A stretch of DNA of 64,000 bases from the NCBI GenBank assembly GCA_964016885.1, contig OZ024759.1:25606001-25670000 (forward strand), read 5' to 3'. Source of the DNA: Eledone cirrhosa (lineage: Eukaryota). The position numbers and the translations under genes were made by a program. This document shows, in pieces, positions 59,525 to 64,000 of the stretch. How positions within the stretch are numbered: the stretch's first letter is position 1; the number at the start of each line of letters is the position of its first letter. The notes below the pieces were generated by a model. The model saw only the letters and a list, made by a program, of their open reading frames with translations. It did no database searches and had not been told where the DNA came from.

Positions 59525-60420
59525 AGGTGGTGGTAGTAGTAGTGGTAGTCGTAACAGTTGTAGTAGTAGTACTAGTAGTAGTAGTACTACTACTACTACC
59601 ACTACTAGTACTACTACTACTACTATTACTACTACTACTACTGTTACTATTACTACTAGTAAAATTATTATTAATAATAGAGTTCAAATCCCGCCGAGGT
59701 TAACTTTGCCTTTCATCCTTACGGGGTCGATAAAATAAAGTACCAGTAATGTACTGGGGTAATTGCTGGCCTTGTGCCTAAAGTAGAAACAATTATTAAT
59801 AATAGAAGTAACAATAGTAGTAGTAATAACAGTGGTAACAGTAGTATAGTAGTATAATAGTAGTAGTAGAGGTGGCGGTAGTAGTAGTAGTAATAGTAGT
59901 AGTAGTTGTAGTAGAGGTGGTGGTAGTAGTAGTGGCAACAGTAGTGGTAGTAGTAGTAGTGGTAACTAGTAATAGTAGTAGTAGTTGTAGTAGAGGTGGT
60001 AGTAGTAGTAGTGGCAACAGTAGTGGTAGTAGTAGTAGTTGTAACAGTAGTAATAGTAGTAGTAGTTGTAGTAGAGGAGGTGGTAGTAGTAGTGGCAACA
60101 GTAGTGGTAGTAGTAGTAGTTGTAACAGTAGTAATAGTAGTAGTAGTTGTAGTAGAGGTGGTGGTAGTAGTAGTGGCAACAGTATTGGTAGTAGTAGTAG
60201 TGGTAACAGTAGTAATAGTAGTAGTAGTTATAGTAGAGGTGGTGGTAGTAGTAGTGGCAACAGTATTGGTAGTAGTAGTAGTGGTAACAGTAGTAATAGT
60301 AGTAGTAGTTATAGTAGAGGTGGTGGTAGTAGTAGTGGCAACAGTATTGGTAGTAGTAGTAGTGGTAACAGTAGTAGTAGTAGTTGTAGTAGAGGTGGTG
60401 TTAGTAGTAGCGGTGGTAGT
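59040..60420. repeat. (GAT)n then (GTA/GTG)n arrays with a ~63-bp higher-order period, interrupted by a SINE
   Basis: Directly visible; the poly-T/V/S ORFs are its by-products. Confidence 0.9.
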
Positions 60421-60999
60421 TGACCTCATTTTCACACAACTTTGACAACTTCAAGTAGAGACATGAGTTCCTGATAGTTATAATTTACTTCCACACCTTA
60501 CCACACACACATACACACACTCACATACACACACTCACATACACACACATACATACCCATTCACACACATATACACACACACTCACACATACACATATAC
60601 ACATATACACACATACACACACATACACACACACACATACACACCTATATACACACATATACACACGCATACATCACATAAACAATCACTGACACATAAA
60701 CTCACAAAAACATATACTTACATACACACACTCACATACCCACTCACATACACACACATGCATTCACACTCACATACACACAAACACACATACTCACATG
60801 CACACATACATACACATACATACATGCACAGACATACACAAACACTCACACATGCACAGACACACACACTTAATACACATATACATACACACATACACGC
60901 ATACATACACAGACGCACACTTATACCTACATACATACACCATCTTGTTCTTTTTTATAACAAGATGGTGCCAGACAGAACAAAGGAGGGACACAAAAT

Positions 61000-61171
61000 A
61001 AAAAAATTAGTAACTGAGGACGTCACAGAATGTGTGACGAAAGAGGTTTGGCAATAAATAAAGTATCATCCGGTTATTAAACCAACCAGCTGGAAGTTTA
61101 TTGTTAATTGAAGGGAAAACCAACAGGTGTGTGTATATTTATTCGCAGCATGACATTCCCAAAGTATAACA

Positions 61172-61172
<1 letters not shown>
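61000..61172 (+). mobile_element. Member of the 'atgaccctcccaagtataacaat' repeat family with a degenerate hammerhead core (relatives at 8280-8335, 29585-30240, 32910-33053, 42613-42765, 56758-56845, 57619-57908)
   Basis: CUGAGGA-C-GUCACA-GAAUG-UGUGAC-GAAA at 61014-61042. The family terminus abuts (TA)n in most copies. Confidence 0.55.
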
Positions 61173-61224
<52 letters not shown>

Positions 61225-61445
61225 CACACACGCATATATATATATACACATATATACACACACACACATATATATATGTGTGTATATATATATATATATA
61301 TGTATGTATACGTATATATATATATATATATATAGAATAGAAAACGAAAACGAAAAATCATTTTCTATTCTATCATACTCTGCTCTGTAATAGCATAGGG
61401 TGCTCAACCGGCATACCGCCTATGGAAGCATCTTAGCTACCATGA

Positions 61446-61648
<203 letters not shown>

Positions 61649-61706
61649 CAATGATATTAATAAATGGAAACTATATTTATAAAACCATATTTATCTTACC
61701 ACCAAC

Positions 61707-64000
61707 ATGGCTGTGCTAAGAGTAGGGTGTCTAAATGCGCGTGGTCTGGGCTCATCTTGGAAGCAAGCAATGCTTCTAAATGACCTCAGGTCACAATCTA
61801 TAAATGTGATGGTTATCTGCGAGGCCCGGATCAGCAACATGCGGCAGCTAGCCCCCACCTTTGACGACTTTGAGATGCACGCATCTCTCTGTCAGCCTGG
61901 AGGTGGGGGTGGGGTTGTCGTTCTGCTGCAAAAACATCTGGGCCTTGCAACACAGATAGTTCACTTGGACCCAGGGGGTCGACTGGTGGTGCTGGACCTT
62001 GGCAGTGGTGAAGGTAGAGCCTTTAGGCTGGTAGCCGCATATGCCCCTTTTGGGACAGAGCGGTCCGACTTTTTCCAGCGTCTGGAGTCTTTTCTAGGGA
62101 ACGATGTCCCGATAGAGAGGGGTGCAACAGCCTCAAGGGGTTACTCGGCCGATTTGACCTGGCCGATAGATTTCGACTAGATTTTCCGACGGTGCCAACC
62201 TGGTCTTGGTCAAATCGCAGCGGATCATCTAGGTCGTACCTAGATAGATTTTTAGTTAGAAATAAGGACAGGGACTTTTTAAGTTGTCCAGAAATGCTCA
62301 TGGTTGGCTATTCAGACCACAAGTTGGTGACCTGCAGGGTCAACCTTGATAGAACGCATAGACAGGGCCCCGGTTACTGGAAGCTCAACTTGTCCTTGCC
62401 GGCAAGTAGAGCTTACAGGGATCGGATTAGTACGTTAGTTAAGGAACGGTTGACTGGAGCGATCGTCAACAGCAGGTGGTGGGTATCTCTAAAGAAAGAG
62501 ATTAGAGTAGTCTCGATAGAATTTAGTAAGGTTCTAGCTGCGGATAGGAATAGGAAGGAAAGGGAGCTAATAGATAGAGTAGAAGAGGCAATTAGAAGCG
62601 GCGACGTGGCCAGAGTGCTAGCGTCGAGAACGGCTTTGAGCCAGTTTTTCGACGCGAAGCACGAAGGCTGCGTTGTCCGAAGTAAAATACGTGCTCTAGG
62701 GAACGAGGGGACCAAAGCTGTTAGCTGGGCCCGCGTGACAGAGGCCAACAGTGGAACTAAATCCACCATCCGGTCTTTGCGAGACCTGGATGGACGGGCG
62801 ACTCTTGAGCCTAAGCAGATGTGTGAGGCCTTTCAAAGGCACTTTGCCCGACTGTTCGGGAGGGGCGGGGAGCCGGTTGGGAACGTGGACTTCGGTCCCT
62901 ACCTCGACGGCCTGCCGCGTCTCTCGGACAGGGAGGCGAAGTCCTGCGAGGAGCCGATTTCGGCCGCTGAGATAGAGGACGTGCTGAGCCAATGCGGCAA
63001 ACGCAAATCCCCGGGTCTCGATGGTCTTCCTTACGAATTATATCTAGCTATGCCGGACTTGTTCCCCGATCTCCTCGAGGCGGTCTACTGCAACTGGCAA
63101 CATAACGGGAGAATTCCCTGTACTGTGACCAAGGGCGTAGTCACGCTAGTGAGGAAGGACGAGAACAAGGGGGACGAAATAAGTAACTTCAGGCCCATAA
63201 CTCTGCTAAATACAGAGTTACAGATTTTGGCCAAGGTGCTAGCAAAGAGGTTGGCGCTTGTCGTGGGCAACCTGGTAGGAGATGCGCAGACATGCGCTAT
63301 CCCGTCCAGGTCCATCCATGACAACCTCCACCTCATGCGATACATCATAGAGAGGGTTGGAAACGAACCCGGCTTTGGTGGGGCTCTGATCAACTTGGAT
63401 CAATCTAAGGCGTTCGATAGGGTCGACCATGGTTACCTGGATGCGGTGCTAGCGGCGGCAGGCTTCGGACCCGTTTTCAGGGGCTGGATCACTGCTATGC
63501 ACAGCGACCGCATCTGCTCTAGGGTCAAGGTGAACGGCTACCTCTCGGAGCCGTTCAAAATCGCGCGGTCCATCCGACAAGGGTGCCCTCTCTCCTCCCT
63601 TCTGTATGTGTTGACTCTCGAGCCACTACTGCGGAAGTTGGAGTTGTTGCAGGGCATCCCTTTGGAACCGGGATTGCGGAAAGCGGTGTCGGCCTACGCC
63701 GATGACGTGACAGTAATGGTGTCGACGGCCTCCGAAATCGAGGCGGTCGGCACCTTACTGGAGGAGTACGAAAGGTTCACAGGGGCTAAGCTGAACCGGG
63801 ACAAGTCGATCGGTTTGCAACTCGGCACGTGGAGGGGCAGACCGATGCCCTCCGATGGCGTCGTCGGACGCTGGACGGAGGGCCCGGTGAAGTTGCTCGG
63901 GGTCTGGTTCGGATCGGACCTCCAGGTGGAGAAAAACTGGGTGGAGGTTACGAACAGGGTGTTTGCACTGACCCAGAAGTGGGCCAGTTGCAAACTATCC
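61707..64000 (+). mobile_element. Non-LTR retrotransposon ORF2 (APE endonuclease + reverse transcriptase), L1/Tx1-like; frameshifted, runs off window
   Basis: N-terminus LRVGCLNARGL..CE..YAP. After a frameshift near 62098: YLDRFLV, YSDHKLV, GYWKLN, KSPGLDG, FRPITLLN, LDQSKAFDRV, RQGCPLS and YADD (63695-63706), with no stop noticed. GC-rich relative to flanks. Confidence 0.92.

Noticed and set aside
59214-60445. Mucin-like poly-Thr, poly-Val and Ser/Gly ORFs
   Set aside because: Trinucleotide arrays open on both strands, interrupted by a SINE, with no signal peptide or splice context.
62413-63993. Minus-strand ORFs over the LINE
   Set aside because: Antisense shadows of the GC-rich RT frame.

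Overview
Eukaryotic, very AT-rich, microsatellite-saturated genomic DNA; the repeat landscape (long (TA)n arrays, tRNA-headed SINEs with (GAT)n tails, RTE remnants) suggests a coleoid cephalopod such as an octopus (inference). Four host genes can be built by hand: an intronless 763-aa VPS9-domain gene (59-2350, -); DR1/NC2-beta (3 coding exons, 11717-16932, +, 178 aa); an M6PR/Atg27-like type I membrane protein ending in YQRL (3 exons, 25519-23070, -, 311 aa); and a TspanC8 tetraspanin (7 exons, all phase-0 introns, 55423-36056, -, 279 aa). A GC-rich L1/Tx1-type LINE ORF2 starts at 61707 and runs off the window. Helitron, Chapaev3-like, hAT, piggyBac-like and mariner relics are also present. 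The most striking feature outside the ORF track is about ten complete or near-complete type I hammerhead-ribozyme folds (CUGANGA...GAAA...UH) from several unrelated sequence families. Most lie in short inverted-repeat elements beside (TA)n tracts, the pattern expected of Penelope-like pseudo-LTRs or retrozymes. Most long ORFs in the supplied track (YIYI, CVCV, poly-T/V/S) are microsatellite artefacts. All calls were made by eye, without database searches or folding software.
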